A stretch of DNA of 64,000 bases. Origin: a virus. Its lineage: Duplodnaviria; Heunggongvirae; Uroviricota; Caudoviricetes. The stretch is from IMG/VR virus record IMGVR_UViG_3300021255_003500, positions 9,962 through 73,961 of that record; one strand, given 5' to 3'. Positions within the stretch are counted from its first letter, which is position 1; each line of letters starts with the position of its first letter. The notes beneath the pieces were generated by a model. That model was not told the origin of the DNA, ran no database searches, and saw only the letters and a list, made by a program, of their open reading frames with translations. The translations under genes and the position numbers were made by a program. This document shows, piece by piece, positions 1 through 12,185 of the stretch.

Positions 1-2714
1 CATCAAGTTTCCGTGCAGCATATCGTGATTTATCTTTAGAAAATTGGGATCGCGGTTATGAAATCTGGCAAGGATTGGGAAAAGACGAGAATGGCTTGCC
101 AGCACTGGGAGATTTGCAAGCTGCTTTTGCCAATCCAGATCAACAGCTTTACCTGGAAGCATTTTTCGAAAATGTTGAAGGTGGATCTGAAATATTACAA
201 AAGTTAGCAAGCGGAGCTGAGATTTAGGCCGAAGACATGAGAAAGTTTAATGCTAATGCACAGGCACAATATATAAATAATTGGAAAAAGTTTGGCTCTG
301 CTACAGATGGCGTAACAAACAAAATAAAGCAACTAGGCGGTTCAGCGTAGGAAGTTGCAAGCGCTGTTGGTCAAATGAACCAAGAGATGACACAAGCTTC
401 TCACAATCAATTTTACAGAAATGCTTGGCGCGCAGGAAAAAGAGATAGCCGGACACTTGCTGGCGTTAAGCAATTAACAAAGCTTGATCTGTCTGACGCT
501 GACATGAAATCTGGTTTATTTGATTCGCTGATTGAAAGTTCTTTACAAAGCACAGAGAATGCAGATTTGGCTATGTATCAAAACTGGGCAAATGTAGTTG
601 CTGAAAACCTTGCGCAATCTTTAACAAAAGCGTGGGATCAGGAAGCAGGCACGATTGACTTAGGTAACGGACTTAGTATTTCTTTGGATTCTCTTACGAA
701 TGGGTCTTTGGATATTGGTGAAATCGACGGTGCTTTAGCATCGATGTTAGATCCAGCTTATCAAGGTATCCTTGCTGCATTGCAATCATTCCTTGTTTCT
801 GGCGCACTGGTTATTACTGCAGATGGTGAAAATATCAAGGCGGAAATTAAGGTGGATGACATTGGACAAACTGCACGCAAGCCAGGTGGCGGTGGCGGAG
901 GCGGCGGAGGTAAATCCGCAGCCCAGAAGCTGATCGAAGAGCTGAAGCATCAGAAGGAGCTCAGTGATCACCGGCTGAAGATGCTGCAGTTCCAAGAAAC
1001 AAAGTATGAGAATGCTGGACAATGGCTGAACCTCAACGCTATGCTTGGCGAAGAGAATAACCTGCGTCGGACGATAATTACCGAGTCCGAACAAGCTATC
1101 GAACGGTTGAAGCAGCAGATGGCTTCAACTGCCCAAGGCTCTGACGACTGGTACAGCCTGCGCGATTCTATCCTTTCCTACGAAGAATCTATTGAAGAAT
1201 GCAACAACGCTATAGCAGAGAACACTAAGAAGATGCGGGAGAACTGGCAGACTGCCAGGAAGACCCGGATCGATCTGGAAGGTACGGTGGAACAGGAGAT
1301 CCAGGCTCGCATCGAAAGATACCGCAGCATGGTGGAAGGTACTGTTTCCATGCAAGATATCATTCTGGACGCTATCCGGCAGAGATATCAGGATGAATGG
1401 GAGCTGCTTTCCAAGGATATCGAGAAAAAGAAGGAAGCCCTAGAAGAAGAGAAGAACCTGATTGAGGAACGGCTAAACAAGCGTAAGGAAGCTGAAGATG
1501 AAGCGGAGAAGTATGAAGAACTGGCGGAGCTTCGCAGGCAGTATGCACTGATCTCAATGGACAGCACCCGTACAAAGGATGCCGCTACGCTGCGTGAAAA
1601 GATCGAGGAGCTGGAAAAGGATCTTGCCTGGAAGATCGCAGAGAACGAAAGCCAGGCACAGCAGGATGCGATTCAGGATCAGATCGACGCTTATGGCGAA
1701 TACCAGAGCAGTACAGAAGAAGACCTGAACGTTCTGCTGGAGGATGCCAATAACTTTGCTGATGAAGCCAACACCGTGCTGAAGATGAAGCAGGAGGATC
1801 TGTTTGCTTGGCTGAAGGCGAACGTCAAGGACTATGCCAATAGTCTGGACGCTGCGCAGACTTCCCTGCTGCTCAGCTGGGAAGATACCTACAAGCAAAT
1901 GTATGGCATCACCGATACCTGGTGGACAGAGATCAACGCGATCCTCAGCAGCGAGACAAGCTTTATCGAGTACATGAAGCAAAGCGAAGACTATAAGAAT
2001 GCTTCCGAAATGGACAAGCAGTATATGGTTGTCGAATGGGAAGATATGTACCGTGCTTATTTGGAAGCTTTCAAGGAAGGCGCAACTTATTTCCATGATG
2101 ACAATTGGCTGCTTACCTCTGGTACTGGAGCCGGTGGCAGTGGCAGTGGTGGAGGTAATCATAACGCAGATGAAGGAACGTCAGAAGAAAGCGAATTCCT
2201 TAACAAAGACTATAAGGATTTTAAAGATAAAACTTTCTCGGATATGTTTAAGGATATGTTTGTTGTATATGCAGAAAATTCTCGATACAGTAATGACAGC
2301 CTTCAAACTATGGAAGCTCTGCCTACAAAAAACAACAACAACGATACTACAGGTATTATTGATCAGAAGCGATTAAAGAAAAATGCCTCCGGTGGTCTTG
2401 TTGACTACACGGGTCTCACCTGGGTCGACGGAACTTTCAGCAAGCCAGAAGCTTTCCTGAGCGCAGACGACACTGCTCTGATGCGGGATATGCTGGACGC
2501 TGCTAAGTATATCAAGCTGAACCCATTCATCAGTAATATCGACAGTGCCAGCTTCAGCGGTAAGGGTTTCTCAGTCGGTGACGTGAACATTACCATTACG
2601 GAAGCGCAGTTCAAGGATGATGCGGATTATGAGCAAGTAGCGGAGCGGGTTGGCCAGGCGTTCCTGAAGGAGCTGAACAAGCAAGGAATGAACATGGCGA
2701 ACTACTCGTTCTGA
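1..2714 (+). CDS. Tail tape measure protein. 5' end lies outside the window. Frame 0 is open from nt 3 and contains in-frame TAG codons at 225-227 and 348-350.
   Basis: Long coiled-coil, Ala/Gln/Glu-rich protein with a Gly9 linker, positioned immediately upstream of Dit. Ends with TGA. The upstream in-frame translation ...KQLGGSA(TAG)EVASAVGQMNQEM... is continuous protein-like sequence. Confidence 0.8.
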
Positions 2715-2767
2715 TGTCCACAGTCAATGTGAGTTATAATGGAATAGAGCAAAAAAATAGAGGTATC

Positions 2768-2792
2768 AGGCCTGCCTTGGTGGCAGGCCTGA
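2768..2792 (+). other. Perfect 10-bp stem-loop (CAGGCCTGCC-TTGGT-GGCAGGCCTG) between the TMP and Dit genes. It has no T-run. It may be an RNA processing or stability element, or an attenuator.
   Basis: Inverted repeat read directly from the sequence. Confidence 0.35.
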
Positions 2793-2816
2793 CCTCCTTG
2801 GGAAAGAGGTGAAACA

Positions 2817-4436
2817 ATGCGAGGAGGATTTTCTTTTGATGGCGTTGACATTGCCGATCTCGGACTTGAATATGTGCCGGACAACGCCAACACCTATGTC
2901 TGGGGACCGGCTGCATGGCAGGGACATGAGCAGAGTTTCGAAGGACATGACGGCGCATATTTCTATGGCACGACCGTGAAGCCAAAAGACTTTGTGCTAC
3001 GGTGTATCTATGAGGACACCCTGGTAACCAGCGGCAGCTTGTCCAAAGTTTTCGCGTTCTTCAAACGTGGACGTTCTGGCAAGCTGGTCTTCCAGCGCAG
3101 ACCGTGGATCTGGTATCTGGCAAGAATTACCAGTATCGACGCCAGGCAGATGACCAACAAATACAACGGTGTACTGACCATCAACATGCGTGCTTATTAT
3201 CCCTTTGGCAGAACGGACTATACGACCGTTCCTCCGGACTACGAGTATGCGGAAGACATGATAGCAAACTCCGGTATGATACCTGGAACTGTCTGGGATA
3301 CTAGCCGGGACTTCGCTGCGGATGGACCGATCACAGAACAGAAGGAGTTCATTCTGTATAACCCTGGCAGCGAAGATGCGCCGGTAGCAATTGAGATTGC
3401 TGGTGACACAGGTGACGGCGTTCGGATCGCCAATGTGGAAACCGGGCAGAAGGCAACCTTCGTAGCGCTGACAAAGACGCTGACCACCAACGCGAACAAG
3501 TATCTGACCCTGGACAGCATGAATGGCAAGGCACTGCTGACCAACGGACTTGAAAGCCATTATGCTTTTCTCTACCATGACAACGGCGTAATTAACTTGA
3601 AGAGCGCGTTTCCTGTTGTCCGGGATGTGGAGATCACTGCCGAAGCAAACAGCCATACGATCTACAGTGACGGCAAGTTTACGGAAGACATGAAGGGCAA
3701 GTACATCGGGTATCTGAACAGTGATACGGTGACCTATGTCTATACGTACAGTCCGCTTGGATATCTGCAGACCTCGGAAGACGAGAATGGCATTAGCCGG
3801 TACAACTACACGAACGGTGTGTTGACCAGCATTGAAAAGCCAGACCACAGCATGGTCACATTCACATACGATGCCAATGGCAAGCTGACAGAAAAGAATG
3901 ATGCCGGTATTGTTTCGACATATACCTATGATGAATCCGGCAGGCTGCTGGAGATCAACGAGAACGGCGCCGTCCGGCAGTATACCTATAACAGTCTTGG
4001 TCTCCCAGCAACGCTGACGCAGAATGGCAGCATTCTGGAAACATATACTTATGACGCGCATAACCGGCTGACCACCGTTACTTACGGAGATGGCAGGATT
4101 ACAAAGCTGACCTACAACGACAATGATGACATCATGTACTCCGTGACCGGGACAGCGCAGGAGATCTATACCTACCGGAATAATAAGCTGGTGGCCGTGA
4201 CGCACGCAACCATTTCTGAAGACGACGCGATGTTCAATAATGAAACCTCCGGCGTTACTTACGCGGAGATCCTGGATGTCGTCAGTCCGTATGAAATAAC
4301 GGTCAGCAAAGCTGCTGCGGAGAACATTGCGACAACAGCAAACATCATGACCATGAACAAGATCGTGGTAACACCGCTTGGAGAAAGCATGGAGCTGACT
4401 AGGCTGGTGTTCAGATATAAGCCAACATTCTCTTAA
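2817..4436 (+). CDS. Distal tail protein (Dit) with a C-terminal YD/RHS-repeat extension.
   Basis: N-terminus MRGGFSFDGVDIADLGLEYV is typical of siphovirus Dit. The C-terminal half carries repeated YTYDxxGRL / FTYDANGKL YD motifs. Strong RBS. TAA stop. Confidence 0.75.
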   Translation: MRGGFSFDGVDIADLGLEYVPDNANTYVWGPAAWQGHEQSFEGHDGAYFYGTTVKPKDFVLRCIYEDTLVTSGSLSKVFAFFKRGRSGKLVFQRRPWIWYLARITSIDARQMTNKYNGVLTINMRAYYPFGRTDYTTVPPDYEYAEDMIANSGMIPGTVWDTSRDFAADGPITEQKEFILYNPGSEDAPVAIEIAGDTGDGVRIANVETGQKATFVALTKTLTTNANKYLTLDSMNGKALLTNGLESHYAFLYHDNGVINLKSAFPVVRDVEITAEANSHTIYSDGKFTEDMKGKYIGYLNSDTVTYVYTYSPLGYLQTSEDENGISRYNYTNGVLTSIEKPDHSMVTFTYDANGKLTEKNDAGIVSTYTYDESGRLLEINENGAVRQYTYNSLGLPATLTQNGSILETYTYDAHNRLTTVTYGDGRITKLTYNDNDDIMYSVTGTAQEIYTYRNNKLVAVTHATISEDDAMFNNETSGVTYAEILDVVSPYEITVSKAAAENIATTANIMTMNKIVVTPLGESMELTRLVFRYKPTFS

Positions 4437-4448
4437 GGAGGTGAAGGG

Positions 4449-7400
4449 GTGCTTCGATACAAACGAAACCTGGCGTTGGATATCTTTGACTATGCTGGAC
4501 ATAAGATCTGCAATCTGTATGACAACAGCGGAGATATCAATGGACAGGCTACCAACGTGGTGGTAACCACAGAGCGCAACGGATGGAAGGAGCTTTCCTT
4601 CACTATTCCATCCGTTTGCGAAAACGCTGACGGCAGTCAGGAGGACAACTTCCGGGTCGATCTGCTGAAAGCGGACTATCGGATCCGGTTGATAGACGAC
4701 GATGGAACGGACTGGTATATCATTTCTGAACCTAAGATCGTTCACAATAAGGCGATGAAGAGTGTCAGCGTGACAGCCGGACATATCGCCCAGCTGCTGA
4801 AGACGAAGAACCTTGGACTGGAATTCTAGGACGAGGAAGGGAACAACGTTGGAACAGCGGAGGAGCTGCTGACAACCATTCTGGATGGTACAGGCTGGGA
4901 GCCAGGAGAAGTTGCTACCTTTAAGGAAAAGATGAGCGGCGCCGTGAAGTACAGAAGTCTGAAAGCTTCCGCAAAGACAGGCGCGTTCAAGCTGATCTCC
5001 AACATGTGTGATCTGTTTGAGGCTAAGCCGATTTATCACGGTGATACAAAGAAGATCGACATCGTTCCCATGAACCCGTTCTCCGAACCAGAAGACGGTT
5101 CTCTGCCGGATATTGCAGACGAAAAAAAGTCCAAGGTGATTGAGCTTCGTTATGGCAACAATGTCAAGAACGTTACACGAACGCTGAACACAGAGAACCT
5201 GGTGACGAAGTTGTATGCCTACGGTGCTTTCGGTGATAAAACCAGCGGTTACTGCGGCATCGACGAATGGGTGCACAATGAGTACATCCTGCAGCTGAAC
5301 AATGACGTTCCGGCGGGCAAGGAGTGCGTGCTGGAGATCACCAACGAAGCAACAGGGATCACTTGGAAGCGTTACTTCACGCCGTATGAAGACTTAACAG
5401 TCGGTACGCAAGTGATCTGGTCCGTACTGGATCCTGCGTCCATGAGCTATGTCTGGAACGAAGACGCCGAGCACGCCTATCCGGTTTATCAGAAGCGTAC
5501 ACAGGATGAGCCAGCAGCAACAACATTGGTGGAGACGCAGTCTGTTACCAACTATTTCTCTTTCCTGATGGACTTCGACTATTATCGGGAAGTAGATCTG
5601 CTGACAGACGAGATGATCCAGACGATCGCAGAATACCAGCGTAAGATGCCGGAGCTGCAGCGGATCGTATCAGAGAAAGCAACCCTGTTTGCAGAGAAAC
5701 TGACAGAGCTCAGCGAGATCGTTGGCAGCGGCAACTTCTGCAAGCTGGCGATCAGTGACTATGCCAACAATACAGGCTATCTTCGTCTGACCCTGGATCG
5801 ATCAGAAGACCCGAAGGGTGCGATCTACCGAACGGACTACACGGTCCGGGAGAACAAGCAGTTCAAGTGGCGTGAAGCTGAGAAGCTGAAGGAGAACGGA
5901 GACCCGCTGAATGACGCGGCGTCGATCGTCTATATCATTCATGATCGGAATCCTCTGTCTTACGATACTGCTTATATCAAGGAGATCGAATGGGAGGAAG
6001 GCGATGAGAAGCGCGAGAAGCCGGTTGCTTTTACCCTTTGGCTGCCCTTCACGGAAGAATACCTGGAAAACTTCTCAGATAACCATGTATTCCTGTTTGC
6101 CAGTCACACGGTGAACGGACGGCTTGGCGCTTATCAGACAGCGGACGAGGCTGCGAAAGCCGCGCTGGAATCCACGACCAAAGTGGTTACGGAAAGACAT
6201 CCGGTGTACTTCTCCCCTACCACACCAGACATTGCCATCGAGAATATCCAGGGTTATGCCTGGTGGTGGAAGTACAACAACACGGGTGCGCCATCGGAAA
6301 TGTATTTTTGCTATCGCTACAGCGACTCTTCCGAGTATGCCAGCAGAATCACAGAAGGCGACACCCGGTGGTACCGCATGCATTTCGACAGTACTTTTCC
6401 TATTGCCGCAGCCAAGGACTATTTCTACAACTGGAAAGAGGCGGTCCTTTATCGACTGAACACCGACAACGAGTGGGTCAAGTATAATGAGCGTTCTTCC
6501 GCAGAAGACCGTATGGTTGCCAAGCTTGGATCGATCTTCCGAAGCTGTCAGACGAGAGACGCGCTGTATAACGGCGAGTATCAGTACTATACCGTGGAGC
6601 TGGACACAGATCTGCCAGTTGGCAACTATGCCTTTGCTGACAACTATGGGAATTATTACGCCTTCACCACCAAGACGCCGCTGACTGCCAATGACAAGCT
6701 GGTTTACGATACGACAGAGCGCTGGGTGATCGCAACAGCAAAGTCAAACGATGTCGAGGATATGACCAAGGAAGAGATCATCGACATGACGCTGGAAGCA
6801 AAGGACTATCGTTTTGACAATGTCTATATGCATGCAGCCAATGTGGTTGGCAGAACAGTCTGGGAACCGGGCGCACTGGAGATCATCGAAGGCGCTACCG
6901 TAGAGACAGAGGACTCTGAAAAATACCGTTCTGGTTTCTGCCCCGTATATTCGAACATCGAATATCAGATCAGCGGACTGGCCGGAAACATTGATGTTTA
7001 TACGTACACGATCAACCGCACTTTCCAGGATCATCGGGTGATCAACGCTGTGAATGGCACGATGACAACACCGAACAACTGCCGGTTCATGCGGTTTGTT
7101 TATAACCCGACAGCCAACAATTATACGCCCAGCGATATCCAGAAGTATCTGAACGTAGCAGCGCTGAGCAAGGATAATGCTTTCGTGGTGGACGAGAAGG
7201 AATACCTGCTTTTGCCGCAGCCAAGTGAAGGCAGTGGAGAACTGAAAGGCATCATCCCTTTGACAGGGAAATTCCTGGCAACCGCAGACGAAGCGTTCCT
7301 ATCCGCCAAAGTCATCATGGAACAGGCACAGGCGGATGTGAAAGAGCTGGAAAGCAGACTGGTAAACGATCTCGGAGAGATGTATCGGGAAGGCTACTGG

Positions 7401-8615
7401 CAGAAGAGCGACTATGTGGACGGCGACGAAGAGAAGCTGTACAACGACGCGCTGGAGAACCTGGAAGAGATCGCATTCCCGGAAGCCAAATATCAGGTAG
7501 GCTATCTGGATCTGTATGGCACAGAGCAGCCAGACTTTGGCGTTACAGAGCTGACCAGTGATGTTTTGTGGCCGGATATCAGCATTGACTACGCGGTGCA
7601 TCTGATCGACGACGAGATCGGGATCAGCAAATGGGCGTTCATCGATAAGCTGTCCAAGTGTTATGACCAGCCGTGGAAGACCACGCTGACGCTGAATACA
7701 AAGCTCAGTACCATCGGGCAGCACAGCTTTACGGATGTCATGACCCATATCGCAGAGGTAGCCAATCAGGTGAAAGGCAAGATCGAGGTCTACAACCGGG
7801 CAGAAGTGGTCAATTCTACCGGTCAGGTAGCAGCGGAGATCCTGGAAGGAACCATCGACGCCAACCGGCTGATGATCACCGGAGGCTCCTCTACCTGGTA
7901 TACGGACGACCGGGGCAATCTGATGTTCCAGAGCGCGGATGGCAAGTCTGCCATGGCGATCACAGGCAACGGCTTTGCCATAGCTAACAGCAAGGATGAA
8001 TGGGGCGACTGGGTATGGCGCACCTTCGGTACAGGAGACGGCTTCTCGGCAGACATGATCGTAACAGGTTTCATGTAGGCAGAGCGGATCCTTGCCGGAA
8101 CGATCACTGCCAGCAAGCTGGCTTCCGATGTTGGCGCCAGTCTGGACGTAAGCTCCAATGAGTCTCTGAACCTGGTGGTTGGCGATGCAGTATCCAGGAT
8201 CCGGATGACCGATGAAGAGATCGTCAGCACGATCATGGAAAGTTCACGGTATCAGGCAGACAAGGAAGCTCTGATCGGCAGTGCTGTGCAGCAGACAACC
8301 TCTAACCTGGCGGTTCGTTTCAACACGATCGAGGCGCAGCAGGCGGTTGTCGATGGCAAGATGGAAACAATCAACAATGTGGAGTCCTGGTTCAAGTTCA
8401 ATAACGATGGGACTTTTGACATCGGAAAGTCCGACAGTCCGTTCAGCGTCAAGCTTGGCACCGAAAAGCTTCAGTTCATGAAAGACGACAAAGAGATGGC
8501 GTACTTCCAGAACAATACGCTGTATAACACAGCAGCGGAAATTTCCAATAGGCTGAAGCTTGGCAACTTTACCATAACGGTAACAGACGACGGCGATACG
8601 TTGGTTTGGAATTAA
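4449..8615 (+). CDS. Tail-associated/tail-tip protein (Tal-like), 1388 aa. It reads through in-frame TAG codons at 4827-4829 and 8076-8078.
   Basis: Track ORFs 4449..4829, 4932..8078 and 8175..8615 are all in frame 0. The gaps 4830-4931 and 8079-8174 have no other stops, and the sequence across the TAGs is protein-like (...GFM(TAG)AERILAGTITASKLASDVGASLDV...). The N-terminus resembles the prophage tail endopeptidase N-domain. True stop is TAA at 8613. Confidence 0.75.
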
Positions 8616-8627
8616 GGAGGTGACAGC

Positions 8628-10661
8628 ATGGCGCAGACAGGAACAGTTATTTACCGCAGTGATGAGATCATACAAAACCAAAAAATTATTGCGAATGCGG
8701 CCTATACAAAATTTTCGCTGATAAGATATTCCGGCGCATGGCCAACAGTAAGTTACAAAATCAATACTGTCAGCATTCGTTATACGAAGAGGACTGTTGG
8801 TTATTCTGATATTTCTTATTGGAAACTCGACAGTCTGACTAGTTCAAATGGTATTTATCTTGGAACAAGCGGTAGTTATTGGACTGGTGAAGGCAACAAT
8901 ATTATGTCAACTCGTGATACTACTGTTTATACAGGAGATACTTTTTACCTGGGTATTTACGCAGATAATTCAGGTGTATCTTATTCTGAATACAATCCTG
9001 GGACTGGTTCAACAACCGTTATCGTAGCACCTGGTGGGGATGGCGGACAGATTTTAGGTGGTACAAGAATATATCTTGAAATTGTTTGGGAGTTAACAGA
9101 GACACCATCTACATTTACAGTAACACCAAGCGCTGTGGATTTTGGCGGGACGGTAACCGTTGATATCACGCCTGGTCTTGGTGTCACCAATCATACGATA
9201 CGCTTTGTGTTTGGGACGATTGGCTCCAGTGATAATGACTGGGAAGTTGTTACAGGAACAACATTCAGCAAGGAGATACCAATTGAATGGGCAGCACAGA
9301 TCCCAGACACAACGACTGGCAGAATCAAGGTGCAGCTTGGCAGTCTGAATGGCAGCCGCATCATCGGCATAACAGAAAAGTATTTTGATGTTTTTGTTCC
9401 ATCCGGTGTGACACCGAGTGCAGATGATATATCAGTATCTGTTGCTCCAGAACCTGGAACGTTTATCAACCTGCAGAATGAATACATTCAACGTATTACG
9501 AAAGCCAGGTTTACTGTTAGTGCACAAGGCATCTATGGCAGCAATATCACAAGTCTGACCGTCAGTGGCAATAATGTTCTGGATAATGTTCCGGTAACGC
9601 CGGCTTCTTCTGTGAGTAAGGTAGTTGTATCTGATGCTCTCAGCACCTACGGGAATAACACATATACCATTACAGCCACAGACAGCCGTGGACGCAGTAT
9701 CTCCAAAACAGCAACCATCAACGTGAAGGAATACGCTTTCCCTGCAATTGGTGTAACCACCGTGGAACGCTGTGACAGCAATGGCACGCCTGTTCCTGCC
9801 GGTGAAAGCCTGCTGCTGACCACTACTTTTACATGGACCAGCACCGGTATCTCCGGCAATCAGCTGGTTACTAAAGCGTATTGGAGATTACGTGGCGCCA
9901 GCAACTGGCAGCCATCAGAAGGAAGCGCTGACATCAGCATAACAGGAAACCAAAAGAGCAGCATCCTGCTGAATTGGGGCGACACTTCCATGTCGTTCAG
10001 CAAGAACAATGCTTACGACATCCTGTTTGAAGTTTCTGATACGGCCAGCGAACTGGTAAACAAAAAGGCCAGTATTCTGATTGAGGTTTCCACAGGCGAA
10101 GCTTATCTGGTGATGCAGCGCAAGGAAGGGTTAAAAATTCCTAAGCTTGGCGTAGGCACGTATCCTTCCGAACAAACACCGGATGTATCCGCCGTGTACA
10201 TCAATGAAGAATGGGAATTATATACGCACGGCATGGAGATCCGGAAGCTGATCCTGGATACCGTATATCCGATAGGCAGCATCTATATCAGCATGAATAA
10301 TACAAACCCGTCAACGATCATTGGTGGAACCTGGGAACAGATCGAAGGACGGTTTCTGCTGGCAGCCAACAATACTTATTCAGCAGGAGACGAAGGCGGC
10401 AGTGCTTCGCATACGCTGACAGAAGCCGAGCTGCCAACAAGTGGTAATTGGGCATTCCCGATGATTAAGAATATTCAAGGTCAAGCCGGCACTCAGCAAA
10501 CAGATACAAACATCAGCGCCACAGGATCGTTTTATACATTCGGTTCCAGCAGTGGATTCAGTGATCTGAAAATAGCTGGTGGAGGCAATGCGTTCAGCAT
10601 CATGCCGCCGTATCTGGCTGTTTATATGTGGAAAAGAGTGTCAGATCCGGAAACAACGTAA
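8628..10661 (+). CDS. Tail fibre/structural protein, 677 aa.
   Basis: ORF with RBS GGAGGTGA. Ser/Thr/Gly-rich, beta-rich composition. Position is in the tail-tip module. Confidence 0.55.
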   Translation: MAQTGTVIYRSDEIIQNQKIIANAAYTKFSLIRYSGAWPTVSYKINTVSIRYTKRTVGYSDISYWKLDSLTSSNGIYLGTSGSYWTGEGNNIMSTRDTTVYTGDTFYLGIYADNSGVSYSEYNPGTGSTTVIVAPGGDGGQILGGTRIYLEIVWELTETPSTFTVTPSAVDFGGTVTVDITPGLGVTNHTIRFVFGTIGSSDNDWEVVTGTTFSKEIPIEWAAQIPDTTTGRIKVQLGSLNGSRIIGITEKYFDVFVPSGVTPSADDISVSVAPEPGTFINLQNEYIQRITKARFTVSAQGIYGSNITSLTVSGNNVLDNVPVTPASSVSKVVVSDALSTYGNNTYTITATDSRGRSISKTATINVKEYAFPAIGVTTVERCDSNGTPVPAGESLLLTTTFTWTSTGISGNQLVTKAYWRLRGASNWQPSEGSADISITGNQKSSILLNWGDTSMSFSKNNAYDILFEVSDTASELVNKKASILIEVSTGEAYLVMQRKEGLKIPKLGVGTYPSEQTPDVSAVYINEEWELYTHGMEIRKLILDTVYPIGSIYISMNNTNPSTIIGGTWEQIEGRFLLAANNTYSAGDEGGSASHTLTEAELPTSGNWAFPMIKNIQGQAGTQQTDTNISATGSFYTFGSSSGFSDLKIAGGGNAFSIMPPYLAVYMWKRVSDPETT

Positions 10662-10679
10662 CGAAAGAAGGTTGATTTT

Positions 10680-10865
10680 ATGTCATTTCAAATTATCCGT
10701 CAGGGCGGTCATGTAACTGCCCCTGGGCACATCGAAGTTCTGATCCAGGCTGAAGAAGATGTTCAGAACCTGCCGATGGACTGTGCTCCAGGTTCGATCG
10801 CTTATAACGAAAACCTGAGTATCGTCTGGCAGTTCGGCCTGGATAACGAATGGCATCGCTGCTAA
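10680..10865 (+). CDS. Hypothetical small protein.
   Basis: ORF in the late operon. TAA stop. Confidence 0.4.
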   Translation: MSFQIIRQGGHVTAPGHIEVLIQAEEDVQNLPMDCAPGSIAYNENLSIVWQFGLDNEWHRC

Positions 10866-10869
10866 AGGG

Positions 10870-11253
10870 GTGAGAAAATTGAACAAGATTTCTCAGATCC
10901 GGGTTCACGGTGTCGACTATGAGATCGCGGATGCGAACGCCCAGGAATTCATCGGTTCCCTGGACAACTCCGTGGTCCGCTATGTCGAGGTTACCGGGAC
11001 GAACCCGACGATCAACGGCGAGGCCAACACCATTTATCTGTGCGGGGAGGTTTCTACGATCTCTGTGACGCCTCCGGCGACAGGCATGATCGGGGTTCGT
11101 TTCCGCAGCGGTTCCAGTGTGGCGCTGCTGAACATCCCTTCCTCAGTCCGGTGGCCTGCATCGTTTGATCCTTACGCGCTGCAGACCAATACCGTATATG
11201 AACTGAACATTCTGGACGGCATCTACGGGGCGGTGATCGCGTGGACATCTTGA
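10870..11253 (+). CDS. Putative fibre-associated protein carrying the shared N-terminal motif (LNKISQIRVHGVDYEIADA). Start may be TTG at 10879.
   Basis: N-terminal motif is shared with the genes at 16260 and 17405. Lies in the late operon. Confidence 0.45.
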   Translation: MRKLNKISQIRVHGVDYEIADANAQEFIGSLDNSVVRYVEVTGTNPTINGEANTIYLCGEVSTISVTPPATGMIGVRFRSGSSVALLNIPSSVRWPASFDPYALQTNTVYELNILDGIYGAVIAWTS

Positions 11254-11903
11254 ATCCACTGGCGATCCGCAGGAAGTTTATGCTGCAGGCCTCTACGGAA
11301 GATGAAGGCGATGTGCCCGTTGACTATCAGCGGGTGGACTATCTGGAAAACAGCGGCACGCAGTGGATCGCCACAGACTATCGGATGACTGCGGCCGACG
11401 ACGTGCAGATCACCGTGGACTTCGCCTTCACAGCGCCGCAGACCGTCAATGGCGTGCTGTTTGGTTGTATGCCTGGCAAGCTGCGTGAGCAGCAAGTATT
11501 CCTGGAATACTATGGCGGGGACTGGTACGCAGCCAATGGCAAATGGAAGGGCAATAACACTTCTGACATCGGCAGCGTGCTGAACGTGCGGCATCACGCC
11601 GTGATCTCCAGCCACATGCTGACCATTGATGGTATTGGTATTTCCACTATTGCGACAAATCTGTCGATCCGGGATCTGTCAACCATGTATCTGTTCGCCT
11701 GGCATCAGCAAAGCGGGGCGAAGGATATCAACCAGGGTGTTCGGATCTATAACCTGAAGTTTGTGGTGAACGGTATTACGGAAGCGAACTTTGTTCCCGT
11801 TGTTCAGCAGCCAGGCAACCGCGCCGGTATGTTTGATACCATTTCCCAGAAGTTCTACACCAACAGCGGCACCGGTCATTTTATCACCGGCTCCGCTGTT
11901 TAA
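11241..11903 (+). CDS. Receptor-binding/tail-fibre-like protein, paralog of 14601..15896.
   Basis: Shares the N-terminal motif YQRVDYLENSGTQWI and the C-terminal motif GMFDTISQKFYTNSGTGHF with the 14601 gene. Confidence 0.5.
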   Translation: MDILNPLAIRRKFMLQASTEDEGDVPVDYQRVDYLENSGTQWIATDYRMTAADDVQITVDFAFTAPQTVNGVLFGCMPGKLREQQVFLEYYGGDWYAANGKWKGNNTSDIGSVLNVRHHAVISSHMLTIDGIGISTIATNLSIRDLSTMYLFAWHQQSGAKDINQGVRIYNLKFVVNGITEANFVPVVQQPGNRAGMFDTISQKFYTNSGTGHFITGSAV

Positions 11904-11924
11904 TATTGAAAGGAGTTGCTGCAT

Positions 11925-12152
11925 ATGACTTACATTGTGATCGAGATGCAGACCAATGGCAATACCACGGCGATCGTGCCGCCTGCCAGTTTCAGTGACC
12001 GTCAGCAGGCTGAAGCCGCGTTCCATACGGTGCTGGCCTCTGCCGCCGTTTCCCCTGTGGAGAAGCATGCTGCCATCATGGTTGCCGAGGATGGCACCCT
12101 GGTTCGCCGCGAGTGCTATTACCATACCGCTGAAGAAAATCAGGATGCGTAA
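11925..12152 (+). CDS. Hypothetical small protein.
   Basis: ATG at 11925 with AAAGGAG 9 nt upstream. TAA stop. Confidence 0.4.
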   Translation: MTYIVIEMQTNGNTTAIVPPASFSDRQQAEAAFHTVLASAAVSPVEKHAAIMVAEDGTLVRRECYYHTAEENQDA

Positions 12153-12185
12153 TCGCCTTCATCTAAGAAGTAAGGAGGGATTCGC

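Noticed and set aside
885-912. Gly-run coding tracts (GGTGGCGGTGGCGGAGGC...) in the TMP and in the 12186 fibre gene. Considered as possible repeats or CRISPR-like features.
   Set aside because: These are short homopolymeric-codon linkers inside ORFs. There is no spacer-repeat periodicity. No CRISPR array is present in the window.
4827-4829. Individual in-frame TAGs read as programmed readthrough, pseudogenisation or sequencing error.
   Set aside because: There are 18 occurrences spread over unrelated genes. TAG is never used as a terminator. A CUA suppressor tRNA is encoded. Global reassignment explains all of this more simply.
2997-5276. 759-aa ORF on the minus strand inside the late operon. 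Also 15021..16430 and other long minus-strand ORFs opposite structural genes.
   Set aside because: These are antisense shadow ORFs of GC-biased coding sequence. They overlap strongly supported plus-strand genes that have RBSs and recognisable domains.
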